DNA of 32,000 nucleotides, taken from assembly GCF_000341395.1 (NCBI RefSeq), contig NC_020304.1, forward strand, positions 1,440,001 to 1,472,000, given 5' to 3'. The position numbers and the translations under genes were made by a program. A model generated the notes under the pieces. The model searched no databases, was not told the origin of the DNA, and was given only the letters and a program-made list of their open reading frames with translations. Positions 18,068 to 25,553 of this stretch are shown here, one piece after another. Origin of the DNA: Desulfocapsa sulfexigens DSM 10523. GTDB lineage: Bacteria; Desulfobacterota; Desulfobulbia; Desulfobulbales; Desulfocapsaceae. Each line of letters starts with the position of its first letter. Position 1 is the first letter of the stretch.

Positions 18068-18132
18068 GTGTCCTCTCCTCTATGAGTAAAATGTCATCCA
18101 GTTGCAGGACAAATTTGTCCTGTCGTTTGCTC

Positions 18133-18174
18133 AGTATAACCGATGAAGTGAGGATTACTGTCAGCTGTCTGACA
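18133..18174 (-). promoter_or_regulatory. Class II CooA/CRP-type activator site plus -10 element for cooS
   Basis: TGTCAGCTGTCTGACA (18159..18174) is a perfect TGTCA-N6-TGACA palindrome. TATACT (minus strand, 18133..18138) is a -10 candidate, which puts the box centre near -40.5 relative to a predicted start at about 18126. Confidence 0.6.
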
Positions 18175-18224
18175 AAATAGTATTTTTTTTGGAGGGGATG
18201 GGTGAGAGGTTGTATAGAGAAAAA

Positions 18225-18881
18225 CTAGATTTGGGCGTAGTTTCTAAACAGATCAATATTAGGAATACGATATTTGTTTCGATGCTGTTTTTCAAGGACG
18301 CCGTCCTTGAGCATCGCACTGACGATGGTTGAAACAGTTTGCCGTGACGCTCCGACGATGGCAGCCAGTTGTGTTGTCGTCAGGTCAAGTTTGACGATGG
18401 TTCCCTTCTTGTCTTTGATACCATTCTGTCTCGTCTCGTAGATAAAGAAATCGGCCAGTCGCTGTTTGATATCCTTAAAGACCAAGCTGTCAATAATGGA
18501 AAATGTTTGGTTCAGGAGGTCGCCGAGAATACGAATAATTGTTCTGGAGAGGGCAGGGTGTGTTGCCATATAGGCGTGCAGTTTTGCGGTGGGCATAACC
18601 ATAAGGGTGACTTTTTCCAGGGCTTCAACATGGGCGCGGGTATGGGTGGGGTAAATATCGCCGGGTTCCAGGATGGCCAATGAGAACTCCTTGTCTTCTA
18701 CCGCAAGGTAGAGTCGTAACCGTCCTTTTTTGACTATAAAAACAAGATCTTGTTTGTGTCCAGGGGAGTAGATGAGTTTGTTTTTCGTGTGGTTGACGCT
18801 TGTGAATTCAGCGAGAAAGGCGCTGTTTTCCGGTTTTCTGAGTTCGGTAAGCAGGTTTATGGAAGAGAGTTTTGTTTTCAT
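18225..18881 (-). CDS. cooA: CRP/FNR-family transcription factor, CooA-like CO sensor
   Basis: Using the start at the ATG at 18881 (MKTKLSS), the protein is 218 aa. GRLRLYLAVEDKEFSLAILEPGDIYPTHTRAHVEA parallels R. rubrum CooA (from memory) GRLRVYLVGEEREISLFYLTSGDMFCMHSGCLVEA, including the haem-ligand His. The recognition helix is SRQTVSTIVS, against SRQTTSTALN in CooA. The gene is directly upstream of cooS. Confidence 0.7.
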   Translation of the reverse strand: MKTKLSSINLLTELRKPENSAFLAEFTSVNHTKNKLIYSPGHKQDLVFIVKKGRLRLYLAVEDKEFSLAILEPGDIYPTHTRAHVEALEKVTLMVMPTAKLHAYMATHPALSRTIIRILGDLLNQTFSIIDSLVFKDIKQRLADFFIYETRQNGIKDKKGTIVKLDLTTTQLAAIVGASRQTVSTIVSAMLKDGVLEKQHRNKYRIPNIDLFRNYAQI

Positions 18882-19071
18882 TTTCAGTTGGATAGGGCAT
18901 GCTCTGCATGGCGAATCTTTTAATACGCTGTTCTGGAAAAAAGCTATTTGAAATATGTATCGTACTCTGGAGGTGAAATCCATGGAAAAGTTTGTGTTGT
19001 ACTGTTATTGTCGTATGCTTTCACAGAACGATTACACCCCGCAATGGGAAAGATAAATTTAACCGTGGTAC

Positions 19072-19857
19072 TTGAATTTGGAAGAGATCGATAACTCAGT
19101 GTCACTGATCCAGAAGACAGTGGTGGTCAGCGCATCTGGACATGAAGAGCGAGAGGAAAGACTGGCTATTGAGGTACCTTATAAAGTTGCCCTGAATGAT
19201 GAGGAAATAGGGTCATCGATGGTGCTTGCCACCGGTCTGGAGGAATTCGGAGCCGGGTTTCTTTTCGGCCAGGGCTATGTGACAAAGGTTGGCCAGGTAC
19301 GTGAAGTACTTGTCTGTCCGGAGGGCCGCATCTCTGTGCATGCCGATGTGGAAGAGGGAAGTGCACCCAAGGAGGTGATTATTACCTCCGGCTGCGGCGG
19401 TACCGGGAAAATATCGAGAGAAATGCTGGAAGGGGCCTTTGATCCCCTCAATGAATGTACAATCAGCCTTGATGAGGTAAATCAGTTTATTCGTGAAATG
19501 CTGCAGCAATCACCTCTTGGCCCGGCAACACATTGTATACATGGTTGTGGATTGTGGGCAGACGGCAGGTTGCAGGGATTTTATGAGGATGTAGGACGCC
19601 ATAATGCGGTGGATAAGGTGATTGGGGCAATTCTGATGGGGAAGATCCCGGCTAGCGGTGCCGTGTATACCACGGGACGTCTTACCTCGGATATGGTTCT
19701 GAAGTGTGCACGTATCGGCATCCCCATTGTTATGTCCCGTACCTCCCCATCATCACTGGGGCTCGCTATTGCTCGCCGCGCCGGGGTGACTCTCATCGGT
19801 TACGCCAGACCGGGGCGTTTGAATGTGTTTAATGCTCCTGAACGGATTATCTGCTGA
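19072..19857 (+). CDS. fdhD: Formate dehydrogenase accessory sulfurtransferase FdhD
   Basis: Contains GAGFLFGQGYV, the ITSGCGGTGK loop and GRHNAVDKVIG, with a TGRLTSDMVLKCARIGIPIV tail typical of FdhD. The start is uncertain: TTG at 19072, no obvious SD, and no in-frame ATG nearby. Confidence 0.8.
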   Translation: MNLEEIDNSVSLIQKTVVVSASGHEEREERLAIEVPYKVALNDEEIGSSMVLATGLEEFGAGFLFGQGYVTKVGQVREVLVCPEGRISVHADVEEGSAPKEVIITSGCGGTGKISREMLEGAFDPLNECTISLDEVNQFIREMLQQSPLGPATHCIHGCGLWADGRLQGFYEDVGRHNAVDKVIGAILMGKIPASGAVYTTGRLTSDMVLKCARIGIPIVMSRTSPSSLGLAIARRAGVTLIGYARPGRLNVFNAPERIIC

Positions 19858-19861
19858 AGAA

Positions 19862-20587
19862 TCAGCTCTTTCGTACGATCAGAGTTGAAAAATAATGTAG
19901 CTCCTGATTCAGGACGGCTTTCAGGTCATGGTGTACCCGCTGGTCTGCCATGCTGGTTCGTTCCACAAGCACAGCTTTGTCAAGCAGATCCAGTTCTTCC
20001 AGAAGTGGTACCAGTCGATCCATGGTTTTATAGACCTTCATAAAAACCACAGCGTCGAACTGGAGAAGGATGTCTCTGATCCGGTCACTTTCGAAAATGG
20101 CGGGAATCACTGCTACCCTGTCATCACCAAGACAGAGGGGAGTGGTTGCGACAGCAGCGGTGGCCCCGATGGCGGAGATGCCGGGGATGATCTGTATAGC
20201 GGCGTCCGGATTCAGCTTCAGGAGTGTTTCATAGACATAGAACCCGGTGCAATAAATTGCCGGATCGCCAAGTGTCGGCAGCGCCACATCGTTTCCGGCT
20301 TCAAGCTGTTCATTGATCAGGGCTGCCGCCTTCTCCCAGGCATCTTTCACTTCACCGTCGGGTGTCTTTCCCATGTGGATTTTCTTCATGGGAAAATGAT
20401 GGCTCAGAATAATCTTTTCTTTCGTACTGACGTTGCTGCTTGCAATGGCAAGGGCGGTGCTGTTGCCATTCTTTTGCGCGGCAGGGGTGAGCCAGACCGG
20501 ACAGTCCCTGAGTATCCGTACGGCCTTCAGGGTGATGAGCTCTGGATCACCGGGGCCAACCCCCACCACGTAAAATGTTCCTTTCAT
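19862..20587 (-). CDS. cbiL: Cobalt-factor II / precorrin-2 C20-methyltransferase
   Basis: It has the tetrapyrrole methylase N-terminus FYVVGVGPGDPELITLKAVRIL, then HHFPM and LGDPAIY...IPGISA, in the CobI/CbiL pattern. Confidence 0.8.
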   Translation of the reverse strand: MKGTFYVVGVGPGDPELITLKAVRILRDCPVWLTPAAQKNGNSTALAIASSNVSTKEKIILSHHFPMKKIHMGKTPDGEVKDAWEKAAALINEQLEAGNDVALPTLGDPAIYCTGFYVYETLLKLNPDAAIQIIPGISAIGATAAVATTPLCLGDDRVAVIPAIFESDRIRDILLQFDAVVFMKVYKTMDRLVPLLEELDLLDKAVLVERTSMADQRVHHDLKAVLNQELHYFSTLIVRKS

Positions 20588-20613
20588 AATTGTTTGCTTG
20601 CTGCGTGTTTTAT

Positions 20614-21606
20614 TTATTGAAGAAGCAGGCCATTGTCATCGGCCACGTCTTTTATATGAGAGACAAAGAGAGCAGCGAATGCATCGTTGCTGCCAAGTCC
20701 TTCCATAACGGGTTTGACCTCATAGCCCTCTTTGCTGAGAATAGACATCCAGGAGTCGGTTTCCGGACCAGCCATATCGTTTTTTGCATGGTCCCCGGCA
20801 ACTATCATAAAGGGTTTGAGGATAATCTTTTTTGTTTTTGCATACTGAAGATGATCTAAAAAGTCGTTAAGGCTTGGTGTGCCTTCTACAACTCCGATGA
20901 AGGTATGTACCTCCGGGTAGACTTCGCGCATTTTTTTCTGGGTTTCGGCGTAGATACCTGTGGACCAGTGGTCATTTCCATGGCCCATGTAAAGCAATAT
21001 GGCATCTTCCTTTTTTGCAAGCTCGGCGTCTCCTGCGAGCGTGGCCACTGCGGTTGCCACGTCAGTGTGGTAACTGTAACGATCTCCCGGCATTCCCAGA
21101 GCAGGGCGTCCCATGACCAGTGTGTCAAAGGGGCGCCATTTTTCCTTGGTCGTCTTAATTGATGCCAGAGCGTCAATATAGGATTGTAAATCCTGAGACT
21201 GCTCCATGTAAAACATATGGGTGGGTTGGACAATAATATTTCGATACCCTTCTTCGCGAAGGTCACCGATGGTGGAAATAATGTTTTTTACAAAGAGGAT
21301 TTCTTTTGGAATTCCCTCATCAAGCCATCGCTGCGCCTCAACTTGTCTTTCTTTCCAGACCGAACGAATGATATTTGAGGTAAAGGTAACCCGCACTTCG
21401 GTGTTTGGGTATGCAGCTTTTGTTTTATCAATGATATTGATGATGGCTGTAATGGCACTGGGCACCGTGGTGCCAAAACTTGCAATGACAATGGCGGTAT
21501 CATTGCTGTTCCTGGTTTTGTTTCCAGAAGCCGTAACATTTGCAGCTGCCAACATCACTGTCAGCATGATTCCGAAGATCAGAATTCGTTGAACGTTGTT
21601 AAACAT
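20614..21606 (-). CDS. cbiK: Sirohydrochlorin cobaltochelatase CbiK with a Sec signal peptide (periplasmic CbiK-P type)
   Basis: The start is set at the ATG at 21606 (MFNNVQRILIFGIMLTVMLAAANVTA-SG), with AAGGAGAA 8 nt upstream. Chelatase His contexts are QPTHMFY and YMGHGNDHW. The upstream extension in the track ORF overlaps the riboswitch platform. Confidence 0.8.
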   Translation of the reverse strand: MFNNVQRILIFGIMLTVMLAAANVTASGNKTRNSNDTAIVIASFGTTVPSAITAIINIIDKTKAAYPNTEVRVTFTSNIIRSVWKERQVEAQRWLDEGIPKEILFVKNIISTIGDLREEGYRNIIVQPTHMFYMEQSQDLQSYIDALASIKTTKEKWRPFDTLVMGRPALGMPGDRYSYHTDVATAVATLAGDAELAKKEDAILLYMGHGNDHWSTGIYAETQKKMREVYPEVHTFIGVVEGTPSLNDFLDHLQYAKTKKIILKPFMIVAGDHAKNDMAGPETDSWMSILSKEGYEVKPVMEGLGSNDAFAALFVSHIKDVADDNGLLLQ

Positions 21607-21637
21607 AAGGTATTCTCCTTTTTCATGAAGATCCGGG

Positions 21638-21672
21638 AAAAAAAAACCCCGGACCAAAATATTGATCCGAGG
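21638..21672 (-). terminator. Riboswitch expression-platform terminator
   Basis: On the minus-strand RNA, CCUCGGAU (21665..21672) pairs with GUCCGGGG (21647..21654). This gives 8 bp including two G-U, with a 10-nt loop, followed by U9 (21638..21646). A competing helix GGUCCGGG/CCCGGAUC is possible with the downstream sequence. Confidence 0.5.
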
Positions 21673-21748
21673 ATGCCCTGATTTTCCACGAATTACTGTC
21701 ATCTCCTTATCCACGGGAGATAAACTCTGCTGTGTTTTTGCACAAATA

Positions 21749-21910
21749 CTTTCAGACAGGTCTTCTGACTTCCGGATCAGCCTACTATATTACGTCTTCC
21801 CGGCCCATAAGGTCAGTGACATGAGTGTAATGTTCGTCCCCGGTTACAGCGGCGGGCCCGTCCCGGATTTGCACCGGGTTCCCTTTAAGCTCTGAACGAG
21901 CACCTGAAAG
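21749..21910 (-). ncRNA. Cobalamin (B12) riboswitch aptamer
   Basis: The minus strand reads CTTTCAG...TTAAAGGGAACCCGGTGCAAATCCGGGACGGGCCCGCCGCTGTAACC...GTCACTGACCTTATGGGCCGGGAAG...AGTCAGAAGACCTGTCTGAAAG. It contains the conserved AGGGAA/GGTGC.AATCC core, the CACTG...GGGAAG segment, the B12 box (AGTCAGAAGACCTG) and a closing P1 helix (CTTTCAG/CTGAAAG). It parallels the E. coli btuB leader as I remember it. Confidence 0.85.
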
Positions 21911-21920
21911 TACTGTTGTA

Positions 21921-21949
21921 ATCATAATCCCAATTGAAAATCTCGTCAA
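21921..21949 (-). promoter_or_regulatory. Sigma-70 promoter for the riboswitch-cbiK-cbiL transcript
   Basis: The minus strand has TTGACG (21944..21949), a 17-nt spacer and TATGAT (21921..21926). The predicted start at about 21914 is just 5-prime of P1. Confidence 0.5.
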
Positions 21950-22240
21950 CGTCTAGGAGAGGAAGACTTCAGCCATTTAAAAACTTGAACTCAGTTTTAG
22001 TCATGGGTACGTGACTGCTGCTTCGTTGAGACGCTAGTGGTTTAAAAACAACTGTCTTTGTAAGTCTATTCCCTCTATCCTACTAATCTTGTTTGACTCT
22101 TGACTATTCATTTTGATAGGATGAATACAAGTAACATGGACTTGGTCCCCGTTCAGGTTTTTTTGTTTTTTCGGCAGGGAAGAGTTTTTTGGAAGTCCAT
22201 CATAGGTTTTGGACGTAATTGTATGTAGTGTGAGGTTTTT

Positions 22241-23821
22241 ATGGATTCAAGCCATTCAACCACTGTTCTCACCATTGAGGATGATCTGCTCATCCTTAAG
22301 ACCATTGTTTCGTATCTGAAAAGCCTTGGTTATAACGTCCTTCAGGCTGCTGATGGGCTAGAAGGGTTGGAAATTTTTCGTAGAGGACATCCGGACATTG
22401 TTCTCACGGATATTGGTCTGCCAAAGATTAATGGCATGGAGGTGCTTTCTACGATACGGGAAGAATCTCCAGATATACCCGTTATTATTGTTTCGGGAAT
22501 GGGGACCCTGGGCGATGCTATCAAGGCTTTAAGGCTTGGTGCTCGTGACTATGTCACCAAACCCATTACTGATATGGTGCTTATCAAATATGCCATAGAG
22601 CGTGCCCTTGAACATAGTAGCCTGGTTCAAGAGAACAGGAAATATCAATTTTTTCTGGAAGAAGAGGTCCGAAAAAAAACGGCAGAGTTGTATCAGGCTC
22701 AAAAGCTTGAGGCTATAGGCACTCTTGCCGGTGGCATTGCCCATGATTTTAACAATATTCTTGCTGCTATCATGGGGTATACAGAACTTGCCCTGTTCAA
22801 AACTGAAAAGGAAAGTGAGCTGGCTGACAATCTGCGTCATGTACTGAAGGCCAGTAACCGTGCCAAAGATCTGGTACTGCAAATTCTGACATTCAGTCGT
22901 AGGACAGAGATAGATCGTCATCCGATTCAGGCGTCTCTTATTGTTAAAGAGGCCCTTAAAATGCTGGAGGCTACGCTTCCGGCAACCGTCCAGTTACGCC
23001 AGCATATCAGGGCAAAAGAGACGATGATTCTTTGTGATCCCACTGAAATTCACCAGGTGATCACCAATCTCTGCACCAATGCCTTCCATGCCCTGATTAA
23101 TGAACAGGGGGATATCACTGTTGCACTTGATGAAGAGACATTTCCAGAAAATGATCTGGAGGGTTCTCAGACTACTGCAGCTGGTAAATATTTACGCCTT
23201 ACCGTCAGTGATACGGGGCGAGGCATGAATCTCGAAACACAAAATAATATTTTTGATCCATTTTTTACCACTAAAGAAAAAGGGCAGGGAACCGGCCTTG
23301 GACTTGCCGTGGTTCATGGAATTGTGACGGACTGTAATGGTTGTATCAAAGTGAAAAGTGAACTGGACAAGGGTACAACAGTTACAGTTCTGTTTCCGGT
23401 AATAGAGGCTGAGGGTAATACAGAGGCTGAGGTGGTCATTCCTCTTCCCACCGGTGTTGAACGTATCCTCTTTGTGGATGATGAGGCTGATTTGCGAAAA
23501 CTTGCACAACAGATGCTGAGCTTTCTCGGGTATTCCGTTGTTTGTTGTGCATCTGGAATGGAAGCTCTGGAAACATTGGGGGAGGATGGCTCCGGTTTTG
23601 ACATGCTCATAACCGATCAATCCATGCCCCTGATGCCGGGTACAGAGCTTGCCCGGACAGTGTTGAATCTCTGTCCGGGCTTACCAGTAATTCTCTGTAC
23701 TGGATACAGCTCCATGGTTGATGAAGAAAAGGCGCTGGCCCAGGGGATTAGAGGTTTTTTGTTAAAGCCCCTTGCCATTGGAACACTGGCAAGAGAAATC
23801 CGAACTATTCTTGATCGCTGA
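22241..23821 (+). CDS. Hybrid kinase REC-HisKA-HATPase_c-REC
   Basis: The N-terminal receiver has [10 protein letters not shown]...IVLTDIGLP. The H-box is [19 protein letters not shown]. ATPase motifs are [15 protein letters not shown] and GTGLGLAVV. The C-terminal receiver has [10 protein letters not shown]...MLITDQSMP. Confidence 0.85.
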   Translation: MDSSHSTTVLTIEDDLLILKTIVSYLKSLGYNVLQAADGLEGLEIFRRGHPDIVLTDIGLPKINGMEVLSTIREESPDIPVIIVSGMGTLGDAIKALRLGARDYVTKPITDMVLIKYAIERALEHSSLVQENRKYQFFLEEEVRKKTAELYQAQKLEAIGTLAGGIAHDFNNILAAIMGYTELALFKTEKESELADNLRHVLKASNRAKDLVLQILTFSRRTEIDRHPIQASLIVKEALKMLEATLPATVQLRQHIRAKETMILCDPTEIHQVITNLCTNAFHALINEQGDITVALDEETFPENDLEGSQTTAAGKYLRLTVSDTGRGMNLETQNNIFDPFFTTKEKGQGTGLGLAVVHGIVTDCNGCIKVKSELDKGTTVTVLFPVIEAEGNTEAEVVIPLPTGVERILFVDDEADLRKLAQQMLSFLGYSVVCCASGMEALETLGEDGSGFDMLITDQSMPLMPGTELARTVLNLCPGLPVILCTGYSSMVDEEKALAQGIRGFLLKPLAIGTLAREIRTILDR

Positions 23822-23834
23822 TGACGGGGAAAAA

Positions 23835-25553
23835 ATGACGGAAAAATCTCAACAAAAAGCCATTATTATAGCTGAAGATGATCAGCTGATTCGAACGACA
23901 ACGGCTCACTATCTGAGGAGCAGGGGCTATAAGGTCATTGAGGCCGAAGATGGCAAGGTTGCTTTGCAACTCTTCAGAGAGAATGCTCCGGATATAGTGC
24001 TCACAGATTTACGAATGCCGGAACTCGATGGAATGGAGCTTGTCAAGACGATTGCGCTGGAAGATGCTGGGATACCAGTGATTATTGTTTCCGGCATGGG
24101 CACCATGAACGATGTTATTGAGGCCCTCCGTGTCGGAGCCTGGGATTTTCTTACCAAACCCATAGCGGACCTGGGGATCCTTAATCATAGTATAAAAAGA
24201 GCTTTGAATCATGCTGAACTTTTACGAAAAGAAAAGAAACATCAGGCGTCTCTTGAAGCTGAGGTAGAACTGCGAACCATAGAGCTTCTTCAGCATAACA
24301 AAATGCTGGAAAAGGAAATGCAGAAGCGTCAGGTGCAGGAAGCCAAAGTTCTCCGGGCCAAACAGGAATGGGAGCGTACCGTCGATAGCATGTCGGATAT
24401 GGTTGCCATTATTGATAGGGAACACAATATTGTCCGCATGAACAGGACCATGGTTGATGTCATCGGTGAATCGTATGAGGAGCTGCTGGGCGGGAAATGT
24501 TACCAGTGGATGCATGGTATGGATGCTCCTCCCGATTATTGTCCACATGTGAGACTTCTTCAGGATCAAAAGAGTCATCATGTGGAAATGTACCAGGAAC
24601 AGATTGGAGGGCACTGTGAAGAGCTGGTGAGACCCTATTATGATTCCGATGGAGTCTTGCTCGGTTCAGTCCATATTGTGAGAAATATTAATGACCAGAA
24701 AAAGGCGGAGCAGGAAAAAGAAAAAGTTCAATCGCAGTTGTTGCATGCTCAGAAACTGGAGTCAGTGGGACAGCTGGCGGCAGGTATTGCCCATGAGATA
24801 AATACTCCCACGCAGTTCATCGGGACTAATATTGATTTTCTTGAAGAGGCAAGTCAGGATATCAGCAGCTTTATGGGACAGATACAGGAGATAATAAAAA
24901 CTGCACCACAGGAGGTCGTCGATGCGGTAAACACCGCATTTGAAGAGATGGACTGGGATTATCTTGCCGAAGAAATACCCCTGGCAATCAGCCAGTCCCG
25001 TGAGGGGGTGAAACGGGTTACTTCCATTGTCCGCGCCATGAAGGAGTTCTCCCATCCTGGAAGCAGGGATAAAGAATCGCTGAGCCTCAATCAGATTATC
25101 AATACCACTGTTACCGTGGCCCGTAATGAGTGGAAATATGTGGCCGAAATGAGTCTGAGACTTGATGAGAATTTACCACGGGTTCCATTGCTTGCCGATG
25201 AAATGGGACAGGTGATTCTCAATATGCTGGTGAATGCAGCCCATGCCATCGCAGAAAAACTAGGTGATAATCCGGAGGGGGAAAAGGGAATTATTACCAT
25301 TGCCACCGCTGGAACCGAAGAAGGGGTTACAGTGAGTATTTCTGATACCGGAGCAGGTATGCCTGAGAAGGTTCAGCTTCGTATCTTTGACCCCTTTTAC
25401 ACCACGAAGAAAGTGGGTAAGGGCACCGGGCAGGGACTGGCCATCAGCCATGATGTGATTGTCGAAAAACATCAGGGAACCATAAGCGTTGAATCAGAAG
25501 CAGGCAGAGGGACAACCTTTATTATAACCCTGCCGTTACACCCAGGAAAATGA
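23835..25553 (+). CDS. Kinase REC-PAS-HisKA-HATPase_c
   Basis: The start is set at the ATG at 23835 (MTEKSQQKAIIIAEDD). The receiver has IVLTDLRMP. A PAS domain carries CYQWMHGMDAPPDYCPH. The H-box is LAAGIAHEINTPTQFI. ATPase motifs are NMLVNAAHA, DTGAGMP and GTGQGLAIS. Confidence 0.85.
   Translation: MTEKSQQKAIIIAEDDQLIRTTTAHYLRSRGYKVIEAEDGKVALQLFRENAPDIVLTDLRMPELDGMELVKTIALEDAGIPVIIVSGMGTMNDVIEALRVGAWDFLTKPIADLGILNHSIKRALNHAELLRKEKKHQASLEAEVELRTIELLQHNKMLEKEMQKRQVQEAKVLRAKQEWERTVDSMSDMVAIIDREHNIVRMNRTMVDVIGESYEELLGGKCYQWMHGMDAPPDYCPHVRLLQDQKSHHVEMYQEQIGGHCEELVRPYYDSDGVLLGSVHIVRNINDQKKAEQEKEKVQSQLLHAQKLESVGQLAAGIAHEINTPTQFIGTNIDFLEEASQDISSFMGQIQEIIKTAPQEVVDAVNTAFEEMDWDYLAEEIPLAISQSREGVKRVTSIVRAMKEFSHPGSRDKESLSLNQIINTTVTVARNEWKYVAEMSLRLDENLPRVPLLADEMGQVILNMLVNAAHAIAEKLGDNPEGEKGIITIATAGTEEGVTVSISDTGAGMPEKVQLRIFDPFYTTKKVGKGTGQGLAISHDVIVEKHQGTISVESEAGRGTTFIITLPLHPGK

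Noticed and set aside
18882-18983. 34-codon N-terminal extension of the CooA-like ORF
   Set aside because: CRP/CooA proteins are about 220 aa, and the internal ATG at 18881 gives 218 aa aligned with CooA from residue 1. I left the start call at moderate confidence.
19928-20620. 230-aa plus-strand ORF opposite cbiL, and similar long antisense ORFs (for example 2215..2691, 12838..13314, 28977..29681, 29739..30284, 31185..31808)
   Set aside because: Each lies entirely within a confidently recognised gene on the other strand and shows no family motif. They are typical shadow ORFs.
21662-21895. 77-aa plus-strand ORF upstream of cbiK
   Set aside because: This region is the antisense of the cobalamin riboswitch aptamer, and the conserved RNA motifs explain it fully.
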